Origin: Cirrosporium novae-zelandiae
Taxonomy: Eukaryota
Direction: 5' to 3'
Assembly (NCBI GenBank): GCA_026023565.1
Contig: JAPETS010000034.1
Span: 124,001 to 188,000 of the forward strand
Length of the DNA: 64,000 bases
In this document: in pieces, positions 1 to 12,222 of the stretch
Numbering within the stretch: the first letter of the stretch is position 1
Layout: every line of letters starts with the position of its first letter
Made by a program: the position numbers and the translations under genes
The notes under the pieces: generated by a model
Database searches by the model: none
The model's input: only the letters and a program-made list of their open reading frames with translations
What the model was told of the DNA's origin: nothing

Positions 1-1178
1 GAAATGGCTAGGTGACACTAAATGCTAGTTACCTATTTGTTTTGTTGAAATCCTAATGAGCTTTTCACGATACCATAGTAAGGGCCTTGGGTGTACCTTT
101 GGCCCTCTTTATATTGTTTTCCTTCTTTCTTGGCTGTCTTTCAATTGGTACTACTAATAATACCTTTCTTTCCTTTTCACTCTACTCTCCTGGTATTGAC
201 GTGAAGGACTTGTGATGGATGGGAATACAGTCTTCGTCGAACATTTTGGCTTTTTACTATGTCCTTTTTTAACACAAAAGTATGAAACCAGAACCATCGA
301 TTATCTGTTTAGCTGCGAAGCTTTGGGTGTTTTTTCTAGATTCTGTTGCGTGAATTTTGTACCTAGGAATCTAAATAATAAGTAATGAGTTTTCTATCCG
401 TATTTTAAGCAGGAGTACTATTCTATAATCTATGTCTCTAAATAATTCTATATATATTGGGAGTAGAATGCCTCTGCATTACAAGCAACATTAAATGCAA
501 ACTACAGCCTCCAGATCTAGATTATATCGATAGCAGGAAGCTTCCAAAGGTGGCCTACAAGTCAACTTAATTATAACATCTTCATCTATAATTTTTAATG
601 TAGAAGCGCAAGGAGTCGCAACCATGTAGGCATCTCTCAGCGAGAGGGCACAAGTCGCGAACTATGAAGGTCCTTTAAGGTATTATTTAATATTGCAACG
701 ATCTTTTAACCCAGCTAGCACAATACATGATCAAAAGACATGAAAATGTAAAGCGTTCTCCCTAGGGAGAGCTTGTAGTGATGGTTCCGTTCCAAAGGGA
801 AGGGAGCAAAGCAGCTGGCGGAAAAGGTTGCATCTAGATGTGTACAGGTTTATGATGATAGTTGTGGGAGGTTATTATGTTCACACGTGGAGGAGATTAA
901 TTATTAGTGAACTTCATTCATAGAGGCATTCCCAAGTAATTTGGGATGGGGGATGGAAATGAAAAAGAAATTTTAAGGCTGGTGACTAAAGTAGAGTGAC
1001 CTCGCTTATATAATCCAACCATCCCAAATTGAACCTCGATGCCCCAGTATCACAACTGTCTTCACTATAGCTGCTAACTTCTCCCGTCAACATATTTCAT
1101 CGCTTTACCATCTTTCTTGAGTTTTGTTTCCTTAAGCCTAACCTTCTAATCGATTCTTGATACTGTTTCTATCGTAAA

Positions 1179-2725
1179 ATGGGTAACAACAAAAAGAAGC
1201 GCGGTCACCCCGATGTTGAGGAGATTTTGGCGCGACCATGGTGCTACTATTGCGAACGCGATTTTGATGACCTCAAGATCTTAATATCACATCAGAAGGC
1301 TCGGCATTTCAAGTGTGAGCGATGTGGCCGGAGATTAAATACTGCTGGAGGTAAGATGATTCCAAGTTCCCCCTATCAAGATGTTAGTCTCAATCAGGTC
1401 TAATACGTGCAGGTCTTTCCGTTCACATGAGTCAGGTGCATAAAGAATCCCTTTCCAGCGTAGAGAATTCTCTTCCGAATAGAGCGAATCTTGATGTGGA
1501 AATATTTGGCATGGAAGGAATACCTGAAGATATTGTTCAAGCCCATAACCAGCGTATCTTGACACAGTTTCATCAAGCTGCAGCTGAACGTCAGGCCCTC
1601 ACAGGAAATCCTGCACCGGGAACTCCCAATGGTCCAGCCCATAAGAAACCGAAACACGAATCAGCTGCAGATTTGAAGAAAAGGTTGGCTGAGCACAAAG
1701 CAAAGAAAGCTGCGGAAGCGGCAGCTGGTATTAGTAGTGGTGATAACACACCCATTGGGTCTGCACAGGGAGGTCAAAGCCCGGCTGTCAGCCAAAGTCC
1801 CATTGCATATGTAAGTTTATTCTCTTTTCGGGTATCAGTTTCAGTGCTAACATTTATACAGGCTGGGTCGCCTCAATTCCCACCACAGTCCATTAGCCAC
1901 CCTCCTACTACCAATAGTCCCTCCGTAACAGCATATCCTACCCCATACGGACAACCTGCTGTCCATACTCCTTTTAATGGATATGCGCAAAATGGGCAGC
2001 CACTTCCTGTGAACCAGCAGTATCAAGGAAATCAGGTATTCCCAATGAATTTTCATAATGCTTATGCTGGTCCGCGGCCATATGGGACAAATTCTCCGCC
2101 TCCATTTATCCAACAACGCTCTCAACAAAATAGGGCTAATTCTCCTCAGAATGGTGCGCTTCCGCATCGGCCTGGTAGTCTCCCACCAGCTCCTAGCCTA
2201 CCTCAACGCCCATCATTCAGTGCTCCTCAAGTGAATGCATTCCAGATGCAACAAATGCATCAAGGTCAGATTCCTACAGTTACATCTCCACCAAATACTG
2301 CTTTTCCAGGACAACAAAACCAGGCAAGTGGGTTCGGTGTCATGCCAAATCAGCAAAATGGAAATGGCTATTCGAATGCTAGGACACCACTTACAGGAGC
2401 CACCCAACAACCTCCCGGTCTCCCAACCCCCCCGCCCCAGTCTGCCGCCGCGACATCCGTCGACGATCTCCTTGCTAGTGCTGCGAGAGAAGCCGACTCG
2501 GCGGCGGCAACGCCCAAACCAGAAACCAAACCCGACCACGAGCATAAGGAGAAGAAGAAGGGACACAAGGACAAAGCAACCAGACTTGTTTACTCTGATA
2601 ACGAGACCAGTCCTGAGGAAAAAATGGCCAGGCTTCCAAGGTACGCATTTGTTCCTGATGGAAAGACTGAGACCTCTCTGGTCAATGCCGTAGTGCCTAC
2701 GGCAGCTGGGCCTGATGCGGCCTAG
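1179..2725 (+). CDS. C2H2 zinc-finger protein, BuGZ/ZNF207-like
   Basis: N-terminal [50 protein letters not shown] (joined across intron 1351-1412), EIFGMEGIP motif, Pro/Gln-rich middle, C-terminal [12 protein letters not shown]. Probable second intron 1811-1861 (GTAAGT..GCTAAC..CAG). Confidence 0.9.
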
Positions 2726-3718
2726 TTTCATGGGAATGAATGAGTTAAACCGGATGCATTCTGGCCAACTCAGCTACACTTATTATACTCGGTGTTTAGG
2801 CATTCTGAAAGCAGTTGGATATTTCTCATTCGGGGTGGTTGAGAATTTGCAGGCAGGCATCAAGAGCTGAGGAACAGCTAAGTTCGACCGAGTCTTCTCC
2901 GCATGCATGCCTCACTACTGAAACTTTTCTCCTTTTGTTCGTGTTGATACTTGCAGTCGTTTAGAAATTTGGCGGCTCCGGACAGGTTTAGGTGATCTCT
3001 CCTTAGTAGCAGTGCAGGCCATGCAATGGCACAGTAAAGTGGAATTGTTGCCGGTGAGTGGGAACACTGTTTGATTGAGCTATTTGGGAAGGAGTAAGGA
3101 ATAATTTCGATGGTTATATCGAAGCTTGGCTGATGGCTCACTTGAGATGGTAGTTTACTCTTAATTCCTGCTCTCGAAAATTATACGGAACATGGCAGCA
3201 AATGATTATCGAAAGGCTGCAATCATGTAAGTGAGAAGCGGTTTGTGATTCTCTCCTATTTATTATTATGAAGTCCCTTCTCTGGTTATGCAGCTGAAGG
3301 ATAGCTTGTAATCCAAAATCATACACGGGGATATAGGGTAGAGCAAGCAAGGTTAGGATCTCTACCTAGTTGATCGATAGCCTCGAAATTAAAAGAATTG
3401 TATATTATCAACAATCAAGTATCCTAAATCATACCAGTTAATTTTTATTACAATGTAAAGTACCGGAGTAGATATAAAGGTAAATAATTGTAGTACGGGC
3501 CGTCCACGTTCACTCGGCTTCAAACGACGCGATCGTAGCGGTTTTGGAGCTACAAAAATGTAGACAGACTTTCGGCTCTTGCCAACCAACCATTTCGTTT
3601 GCATCGTTTCTCCACGCAGTCCAACAACATAACCATCGTTTCTTCAATATCTTTGCAGATATACGACTTCTCCCAAGAGATTCTCGCATAAAAGCCTAAC
3701 TACCCAGCATCAGCAATT

Positions 3719-4305
3719 ATGGCTTCCACCGAGATGGACGTTGACACCAGCCCCCCTCCAAAACAACAGACGAACCCTGATGCCCCTCGCACTTCTGCCA
3801 GTGCTGTCGCTGTGCGCTCTATTGAAGGCTGGATCATTCTTGTCACCAATGTCCATGAAGAAGCTTCCGAGGAAGATCTACACGAGGTGTTTGGTGAATT
3901 TGGGGAGATTAAGAACTTGCATATGAATCTAGATCGAAGGACTGGTTATGTGAAAGTATGAATCTACAACATGGGCGCATTTCCACTTAGAGTCTTAGGA
4001 CTGGCAGAGCCTTAGCTAGGACAGAAGCAACAGGGCTGATACTTTGGGGTGTGATGTAACAGGGCTACGTTTTGATCGAATATTCTACACTCACGGAAGC
4101 GAAACGCGCCATTGCAGAAGCGAATGACACAAAATTGTTGGACCAGACTATAACAGTAGACTTTGCGTTTGTGAGACCACCTCCGGAGAACAAGGGGACT
4201 AGCGGATTCAGAGGAGGACCAAGGAAGAGTGCCGGTGGAGGTGGAGAGAGGCGAGGTCGGAGTAGGAGTCCTGGTGCGAAGGTAAAGGAAGATGATGTCG
4301 AATAA
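3719..4305 (+). CDS. RBM8A: RNA-binding protein Y14/RBM8A, exon junction complex core
   Basis: [22 protein letters not shown]...[21 protein letters not shown]...VDFAFV RRM signature; intron 3956-4062; RG/RS-rich tail. Confidence 0.95.
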
Positions 4306-4505
4306 TCAAACCAGTACTGGTCTTCCGAGGGATATGAGATATTGGGGTGGATCATACGATGTGATTTATGGTTAGGCAAGATATCGGGGTATTGCTTTCC
4401 ATTGCGCCTGACTTGGGAGGGGCGGGATGGATATAAAAGCAAACCGGAGCCGACTCGTCTTATGGTCTTATGGAGAGGTCGGCACTTAGCTAAATCATGC
4501 ATGGA

Positions 4506-4578
4506 GTGAGTTCACCCTCGCTTCTCGATCTCTCCCCTCTCTTCTCTAAGTTAAATGGTACTAACCAGCCCTTTCTAG
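4506..4578 (+). other. Predicted spliceosomal intron in the Y14 3'UTR
   Basis: Donor GTGAGT at 4506, pyrimidine-rich interior, perfect branch site TACTAAC at 4559-4565, acceptor TTCTAG ending 4578; starts about 200 nt after the stop codon. Confidence 0.7.
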
Positions 4579-6393
4579 AAGGAAACTATGGCCTTGAAAA
4601 CATCGCAGACAATTCTCTCTCGTTATGATGATGTATTTTACTCTGTGATGAAGCCCCCACCGAAAACTGAATAGTAGTAATATTGATGATGGGAAATTCA
4701 GCAGTAAGAACAATAACGAAGACATCTGAACAAAATCGGTAAATGGAAGAAAATGATATATCCCCCCCCCAAAATAAAATATAGAGCGGTGTTCATAAGT
4801 TCAGACCGAGTACGAAACCTATACATACCTACATCCACGGACCTTTATCTATATTCCCTTGGTCTTATTTTATTGCTATATTTCGTCAAGTCAACACCAA
4901 GAACACGTTTCAACACCGGTACGAGCAATGAGAGATCTTCCTTATACCCCTAGTCCCCCTCAGTCTAATGTCAACCTCGACATATAAGTTATAAGTTGCC
5001 ATTTTAGTCGTCCTCTAAGTCAACCCCCTCCCCTAACAAGAGAATCCAACCTTTAGGGTATATAAAGATTTTTTGCAACTTCCTTCAAGGATTATTTTTA
5101 TCGTTCCTGCTATATTTACTTGCCATGTTTACTTTCTCGTTCAATCTAATCTACCCCCCCCCTCAGGTCCAATATAAAGAAATCCAGAACCTCTCCTTTC
5201 ATCTTCTCTGCCCTTCTCTTCTCCTTCTTTCGTCTCATAATCCCCATCCATCGAAATCATAAGTTCATCTTTTTGTCAGGAGGCAAAACTAGAAAGAAAC
5301 ACATTGATCACCAAACAACGACCAAACCCACCCATTCACCCACTTGAAAAAAAAAACACCATCCATTTCTAAATCAGCTCAGCTCAGCCCATTATTTGGA
5401 AACCCCACGAACGAACGAACACCTACCTACCTCAAAATAAAAAAAAACCATCTCCCCATCACCACCAATTCCACTCATACACAATCCCCAACCCTAATCC
5501 CCCCCCTCAGAACTAACCCCTACCCCAAACCCAACACAAAAATCCCATCCTAAATAACCAATCTTCCTTCCCATTACTCTACTCTACTTCATTTCATTAG
5601 ACCTAGAATTCCGAAAAAAAAAAAAAAAAGAAATATCACTATCGCTATCGTCCCTCACTGGTAGTAGCTGTATCGAGAATTTGAGATTTGAAATGTTACT
5701 GTACGAGGGATGGGGGATGGGGATAGAGATAGAGGGAGGAAGAAAGGGGGGAGGGAAGGAGGATATCTCATGGATTCAATTCCAACGAAACAAGAAGCTA
5801 ATACTTTCGAAGTAAATAATCCGCACACGCATGACCTTTCCATTTCCTCTTCCCCCTATTCACTGCCTTCATCCCCTACCTATCATATAGACATTACAAA
5901 AACAAAAATAAAGATAAAAAGCAACAACAACAAAAGTTTCTATCAATCCAAGCTATATATATCATCTTATCTACCTATACACACACTTACTCGCCCCTCA
6001 TTCATTCATCCTATCTCTCTTGTCCTGTATGTCTAGTTCCCGAGGTCAGAGAGATCCCTAACTCCAAATTTCCCTATGCTGTTTAGCCCCGTTAGAAGGA
6101 CGCCTTATCGCGATGAGCGGTGAATCATAATAGTTAGGCCATGCTATGCATGCAGTGGGAATATTGAAACACAACACATCACGTATGCCAACCCAAGAAA
6201 GGACGTGTTCATTCCTCCCATCCCTGACCCAATTCCAATTCTAGGCTCGTCTCTTCCGGGTCGCTGAAGAACCAAATAAATGCATGTTTCGTAGTAACAA
6301 CAAAGTGCCGCCTCGTTCGCCCATTCGTAGTCATGCCCATAATGCATTTATATAGTATAGCAAATCGAACCACTCGTGTCATCATCACCATCG

Positions 6394-8354
6394 TCATAGT
6401 GCAGACAGTTCCCAGCACGCTCTCAAGACCGCCAATACGCTACCCTGCGTCTCGACTGTCCTCCCTCTCCCTCTATCATTGACATCTCTTTCTTTCCCAG
6501 ACCATTTCCCCTTTGGTTTATATGCCGTTTGGTGCCCATGAGCCACCGCAGCATCATGGAAGAAATTAAGACGAGAAGTGTAGTCGTTGTGGTTTAGGTT
6601 ATACCACATAGCATCAGCGTGTCTATTTGATGGGGGAGAAATGTCCAGGTTTCGATAGTCTACGGCTGCAGAGGTGGCCATATCTTGAATGCGGCCGTCA
6701 AATGGGCTTCTCCTTGGTTCCGATCTGGAATCGGGCGTGGTCGTAGAGGATTCATTATTCCTGAATTTCTGCCCCCACCACATCCCAAATAAACCCTCGT
6801 TGTCGCGTGTCATGTACGCAGCCTGAGCATTATGTTCGACCCAACGGGTGTATTTCTTGCACGTATCCTGATGAAAAGAATTAGCTTCATGGAAGATTTG
6901 ATGTTGCATTTCTATCGAAGTTCTGCTGAGGTCAATATTCTGGCTCGGCTCCAACGGACGGCAGAACGTGGTGAGATGATGGAAAAATATTCCTTTGAAC
7001 GTTTGGCCATCCTGGGAACATCTCCCACTGCTGTCACAAGCCTCTTCGAGTATACCAGAACGGCCAAGTCCAGTCCATGGGGCCGAGTCATTGTAATTAC
7101 TATGTCGAGACTTTTGAGCCTTGGTGTCCCAGTCTGTGGCATTGATGACGTTTTGGATGAGAGCATGGCCATCCTCTAGATAACTGCGCGCGGCAGTAGC
7201 AATAAAGAGCCCCCGGAGACCAGAGAGCAGCACACCTTGATTGTAAGTGTAAACCATCTCATTACGAATGTCGCAACGACCAGTGCCTCTGGAATCCTTG
7301 GACCAGCCACTAATATGAAAACCGTCAACGTAGAGACCATGCCTATTGGTCATATTAGAACTCAATAGCCACTTATAGCCCTCGACGGCGTTCTTAAGAT
7401 ATATAGCATCACCCGGGTTGGCGTGAGAAAAGCTTGATTTTCGAGGAACAGTGAAAGGGGAGGTGTTGTCATCACCAGGAAAATAAAGATACATGCTTAT
7501 CGAAGCAGCAATATAGAGTTCATTGGTGATGGCGTTTTTGTAGGGACTAAGAGAGGGATTCCATATCATTCCTCCATCGCATAGCGAAGTGTCCCACCCT
7601 TTGGAGGCGAGCTCATAGAATATCCGTGCGCGGTGAGCAAAGGATGGTATGAATTGCACAGCATACCACGCCGAGGAATTGCCCATTTTAGACGAGGTGT
7701 AATGCATCTCAGAGTGCATCATTATGAACTTGATATTTTCCAGCCAGCCTAGTACTACCCATAACATATCATCATAGGCCTGATTGCGCAGACTAAAAGC
7801 ATTCTCACCAAAGTAGAAGGCTGTCATTTGGGAGAAATACCGGTTTAGGAGGTTTTCATGTACTTGGTATTCAATGCCCAGAGATGAGGTGCCGGTAGAA
7901 GGAACCAGGTAATCGAGCGAGCGAGAGATGGTGCTGAGGGCTGCAGACACATGCGTTCCCATAACAGCAGACGTCCAATCAATTGCATCTGGCCAGCTGC
8001 CTTGCCACAATTGAAAATAGCGTGACTGCATTGTATCTATGGCGTCGAGAAAGACCGAAGGGAGATTGGGAACGACGGGGGGTTTATCTAAGCATGTCAG
8101 CTTCCCTTTGGTCGGGCCCCTATGCCGAGATGATCATGGGTCTATTTCTGGCTATTCTTACCTCTATGTGGAGGTATCAAGGGAATTTCGCCCCTCTGAA
8201 ATGGAATTTGGAGTGTTTCAACTTGTCGCTTTGCGACGTCTGCACGCTTCGACTCGGGGGCTTTGAGAGATGCAGTGGCCCGGAACAAGGAGAGAGTGAC
8301 CACGATCAGTATCGAGAGCGAATTGCCCTTCCGGAAAAATAGGAACGGCAGCAT
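6394..8354 (-). CDS. Glycoside hydrolase family 76 protein (alpha-1,6-mannanase/Dfg5-like family)
   Basis: YDDMLW catalytic motif, CDGGMIW, YKNAITNEL, YTYNQGV, FKGIF. Hydrophobic N-terminal exon joined through intron 8088-8161 (GTAAGA..CTGAC..TAG). Confidence 0.88.
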
Positions 8355-9084
8355 CCTGTTGTGTTGGAATCCAAATGAAAATAATCGTAGCTGTATCAAT
8401 TCTCACGCTGGACTATGGTCCTGCACCAAGGACAAGATCATCTAGCAATCAAGCCATCATAATTCCAAGACTCGCATCGATTGCCACAGCCCAAAAGCAA
8501 AGGAAAACGTTCATAGGTTGGAAGGAACCAAAAACTTCGGCACTCAAGGCTGCTGAGACACATGAGCTGAATTGATGTCTATCCTCCCTCAAATTATGTG
8601 TCTGATCTGACCTATGCCGAGGGACAGCCTATTGAGCAGACTTGATCTGGATTTATTGATTTATTCTCGCAGTAAAGGTTATATTGTTCAAGGACAATGA
8701 GCGACAGTTGATGGTTGATATTTCCCTTAGAACCAAGAGCGGGTACCTGAATAAATATCAACGCCCTTGTCCCTTGCTCCAAGTTAAAGGAATTAAGGAA
8801 TTAAGTTCCTGGTCATTTGTCGCTCCCTTCTGACCAGCCAGCAGCAGCCAGCAGCCCAGCATTAACGCCGGTGCGCCGGTTCTCACGCGACCCCGCAAAA
8901 CCTCGACAGCCTCAGGCCACAAGGCCACAGCTCCTGCAAGCCCACTAACCACTACTCGCTCACTAACGCTACAGCTAAGCTCAAACTTCAGCAAAAATAA
9001 GCTTGCATTCAGCCCCATCCCACCAAAAACATTAGACTTGGATACCGATATCTTGCAATGTTACCAAAAACAACAAAAACAATC

Positions 9085-9190
9085 TGCGATAGGGGTGGTA
9101 TCCAACCCACGTCGATTATTCTATAGAGATGCCTCCTTTTTATAAAAGCTGTAGAAGCTGAACATATCAAAACAGTACTATTGTTCCAAC
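9085..9190 (-). pseudogene. Decayed tandem copy of the adjacent tRNA-Leu gene
   Basis: gggtggtatccaacccacgtcgatt...ctttttataaaagctgtagaagctgaac aligns to gggtgggattcgaacccacgcggatt...ttttttgcaaagagctgcggaacctgaac, including the intron. B box broken and 5' half unrecognisable. Confidence 0.7.
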
Positions 9191-9218
9191 CAAAATTACA
9201 AAAACACCAAAAAATAAC

Positions 9219-9330
9219 TGATGAGGGTGGGATTCGAACCCACGCGGATTGCTCCACATGGAAACACCTCTTTTTTGCAAAGAGCTGCGGAACCTGAACC
9301 ATGCGCCATAGACCACTCGGCCACCACATC
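9219..9330 (-). tRNA. tRNA-Leu(CAG) with 30-nt intron
   Basis: Minus strand reads GATGTGG-TGGCCGAGTGG (A box), anticodon stem CATGG/CCATG with CAG at 9296-9294, intron 9263-9292, long variable arm, GGTTCGAATCC B box, T-run terminator. The acceptor stem has one U-U mismatch. Confidence 0.93.
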
Positions 9331-11116
9331 CCATTGGTTATCATTCCAGAAGTGATTTGAGTATATATTAGGTATTGCGAGGGTGGAGAAGGGTGAAGGT
9401 AGTTGGATGGGTATTTTCGGGTATTACTTCAGTGGTGTAAGAGTAGCAACGGGGCGCTTTGTCTCCGGTGTGGCCTAGGCCGGAAAGGTGCCTAGTAACC
9501 GCTCTTACCGATATACAGTTGCCTCATTATTACTATTACTCGAGTATCTACCTTGGTATTAGGGAAGTAAAACATATCCAGGATACATTTAGAAGATATT
9601 TCTACATTAGAACATCTGTGGATGGCTAATTATCCTCGATTGTTTCAATTCTACTTTAGCGGTGGTCGATACTGTATGTTCTCTATTGGAGAAGTAGGGA
9701 TGTAAGCCTGCGGCGATAGTTGGGAGTTGGCTTTGTGTGATAAAAAGGAACTAGGGATGAGACAGTTGCGGGGGTATAATTGATGTAATGATTAGTCTAT
9801 ATCGCTCTTACGGGAGTGTGCGGATGCAGGAATTTTCTTTTAGCGAATCTTAGGGTGGCTCGGAATAACTAATCTAATATAACTGCAAGCTTGAGGTTGT
9901 AAGATTTTATACTAATTTAGAAAGATAAGTAATTACCCAGGTACCTACTGTAGGTAATTAGATGAATGTTTTCGACCATTTTATTTCAATGGTTAGTATT
10001 TTAGAAATGGGTTTGGATATCTACTATGTATATTATCTATTATTCGGAGAATGAGGAAACATAGGTGAATGCGACAAATCTTTTCTGTAGACCCCTTGGG
10101 CACCATTAATAATACTTTGTCATATTAGTTTTCACTAATAACCTTGTGAAGTGTGTTTGGATATCTATATAAATTGACCCTGTCCTATGGGTTGTTAGAT
10201 ACTCGACGTAAATTTACGAATGTGGTTGTTGGACGATAAGAGCAAGATGCAGTTACTGTAAGTGGTTCAACGGGGGACACACGCATGGAAAGTTAAGAAA
10301 TGAACACACAAAACGGGCAAAATACCGATAAGCAGGGGCATCAAAAGATTATTCTCTATACCCAAATAGTGGTTATGCTGTCATTGTCTCCATCCCATTA
10401 GTTTCAACAAAAAAAAAGAGGATCGATTTTGTGACTATTATACATACACTACCAATCGTACCAATCAAAAGTTGTACTTGAGGATTATGTTTCAAAGGCA
10501 ACCCCAGATCCCTCCTTAACTTGATACGCATTCAAGAAGCACACCGCAGCACGTGCCATGCGCGATTAATTATCCTAACCCTAAGTCTGCGGAATCCCCA
10601 AAAATTTGAGTCGCTGATCAGTCACTGCTAGGTTTTAAGTGATAGACAACTATACCCCACCCCACTTACAGTTTGAGGATACGATGATGCGGTCAAGGGT
10701 TGAAGTCATAGCAGGCGAGGCTAGCTAATGCTGAAGTGGTAGAAACTTGTGATCCGAGCTCTCTCCTCTCCTTGTACTCGAGTAAGGAGTGGCGATTTAG
10801 TAACTCTAGGTTTAAAATTCAAAAAAAGAAAATCAGAATTTTCACTAGACTAGTCTATCATATTTCTTACTTTCCATATCCAGGTTGCCCAAAACCAATG
10901 GTCCATCTAGTCATGAAACTCGTATCCTGTGCGACATACTAAGAACCCGGTCATATCCAACCCAGACCGAGGCATCAACCGCATAGTCGCACTTCACATG
11001 CCAAAGGGAAACAAAGAGCCCTAACCCAATACACATAGGAAAACATATGTAGAAGTACATACAAGAAAGTTTTTTAAGATAGGATAGGGTACAATGAAAC
11101 TGGTGGTATCGTAGAA

Positions 11117-12222
11117 CTAGATAGCTTTTGGGGATTCATCCATTCTCACATCCTCCGACAAGAGAGCCTGTATCTTCATGCCGCCTTTCTTTCTCTCCTC
11201 GCTTCTGTCACCCATGCTGCTAACTTCAGAATTTGGGCTTGTATTCACAGCACAAAACCCTAGCCCTCTGTAGCCCCCATCTATTGCTGGTGGTACGATT
11301 CTCTCGGCATGGGATGGCCGATACTCTGTAGACAAGGAGCCATGCATTTGTCGGGGGGATGTTTCTGGGGTAGGGGGATCGTTGCCAGCTCTTGGGAAGA
11401 GACTCGGGAGGAGTGACGGCTGCTTATTGGAGGAAAGAAAGCTACGTTCCAGGGTATTTGGAGACGCAGGTGGTCCATAAGCAGCAGCAATACTGCTCCA
11501 AAAGTTATGCCGATGGGCATTATAGAGTTGGAGGAGGCGAGAAGTGTCGACTTGCATGGTTTGGCGGTGAGAACACTTAGTTTGGAATTGGGTTTGAAGA
11601 GGCGGAAGATCGTACGGGTGAGGATGTGATGAAGGTGCAACTGGTTTTGGAAGGATAGGTACGTGAATACCGGAGGGTGGTGAAGAAGGAATCGACATGG
11701 TTCTATTAACCCGCGACGCAGGACTTATGGAAGCTGGCGTATGAGGGGTGGAATGGATTGGAGACAGCCCTCTTTGAGGATCTGGAGTTTTATGCTCCTC
11801 GAGACGGGTCTGGAGAAACGAATAAGTCGAGGAGGCGTTTGACGAGATGGAAGAATTCCGTCTCCGTCGATTGTTGGAGCCATAGGACATCTGATGGTAG
11901 TGCAAACGGCAAGCCAGCTCGGTTTTGCGCAGATGGGCTGCAATATGCTTATATGGCATCTTGTTTTGACGGGTCTGGATAAGATATGATTCCTAGGTCC
12001 TCAATCAGCGACATTGCTTCTTCGAGGAGACTGAAATTCAAACTATCTTACCTCTTCTTCGGTCCATGCTCGTCCTCCACCAGTTGATGCCGATTTTCGA
12101 TGCTTATGTACAGATGAGGACTGGCGATCCACCAGGGTCGCTGCCGGTGGCCACTGTTCGCTCATATTTCGTCGATGACCTGAACAACCCAATGTTGGTC
12201 GGTCAGTAGAGACTGGGGCCAT
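11117..12222 (-). CDS. Myb-like DNA-binding protein (Myb gene 1)
   Basis: RAWTEEE|ESYLIQTRQNKMPYKHIAAHLRKTELACRLHYHQM across intron 11993-12051; Ser/Pro-rich linker; degenerate second repeat (FWSSIAAAYG). Confidence 0.85.

Noticed and set aside
1..620. AT-rich stretch with Lys/Arg-rich fragments on the minus strand
   Set aside because: No ORF of useful length, no recognisable domain and no terminal repeats.
4625..4729. Box C/D-like layout (ATGATGA 4625, CTGA 4667, TGATGA 4684, CTGA 4726)
   Set aside because: No convincing terminal stem and no rRNA/snRNA guide I can recognise; it lies in the probable Y14 3' exon. A snoscan run would settle it.
5140..6040. Short ORFs in purine/pyrimidine-skewed low-complexity DNA
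   Set aside because: Compositional artefacts of intergenic poly-A and poly-C tracts between convergent genes.
10575..10584. Telomere-like CTAACCCTAA
   Set aside because: Fewer than two full units; expected by chance.
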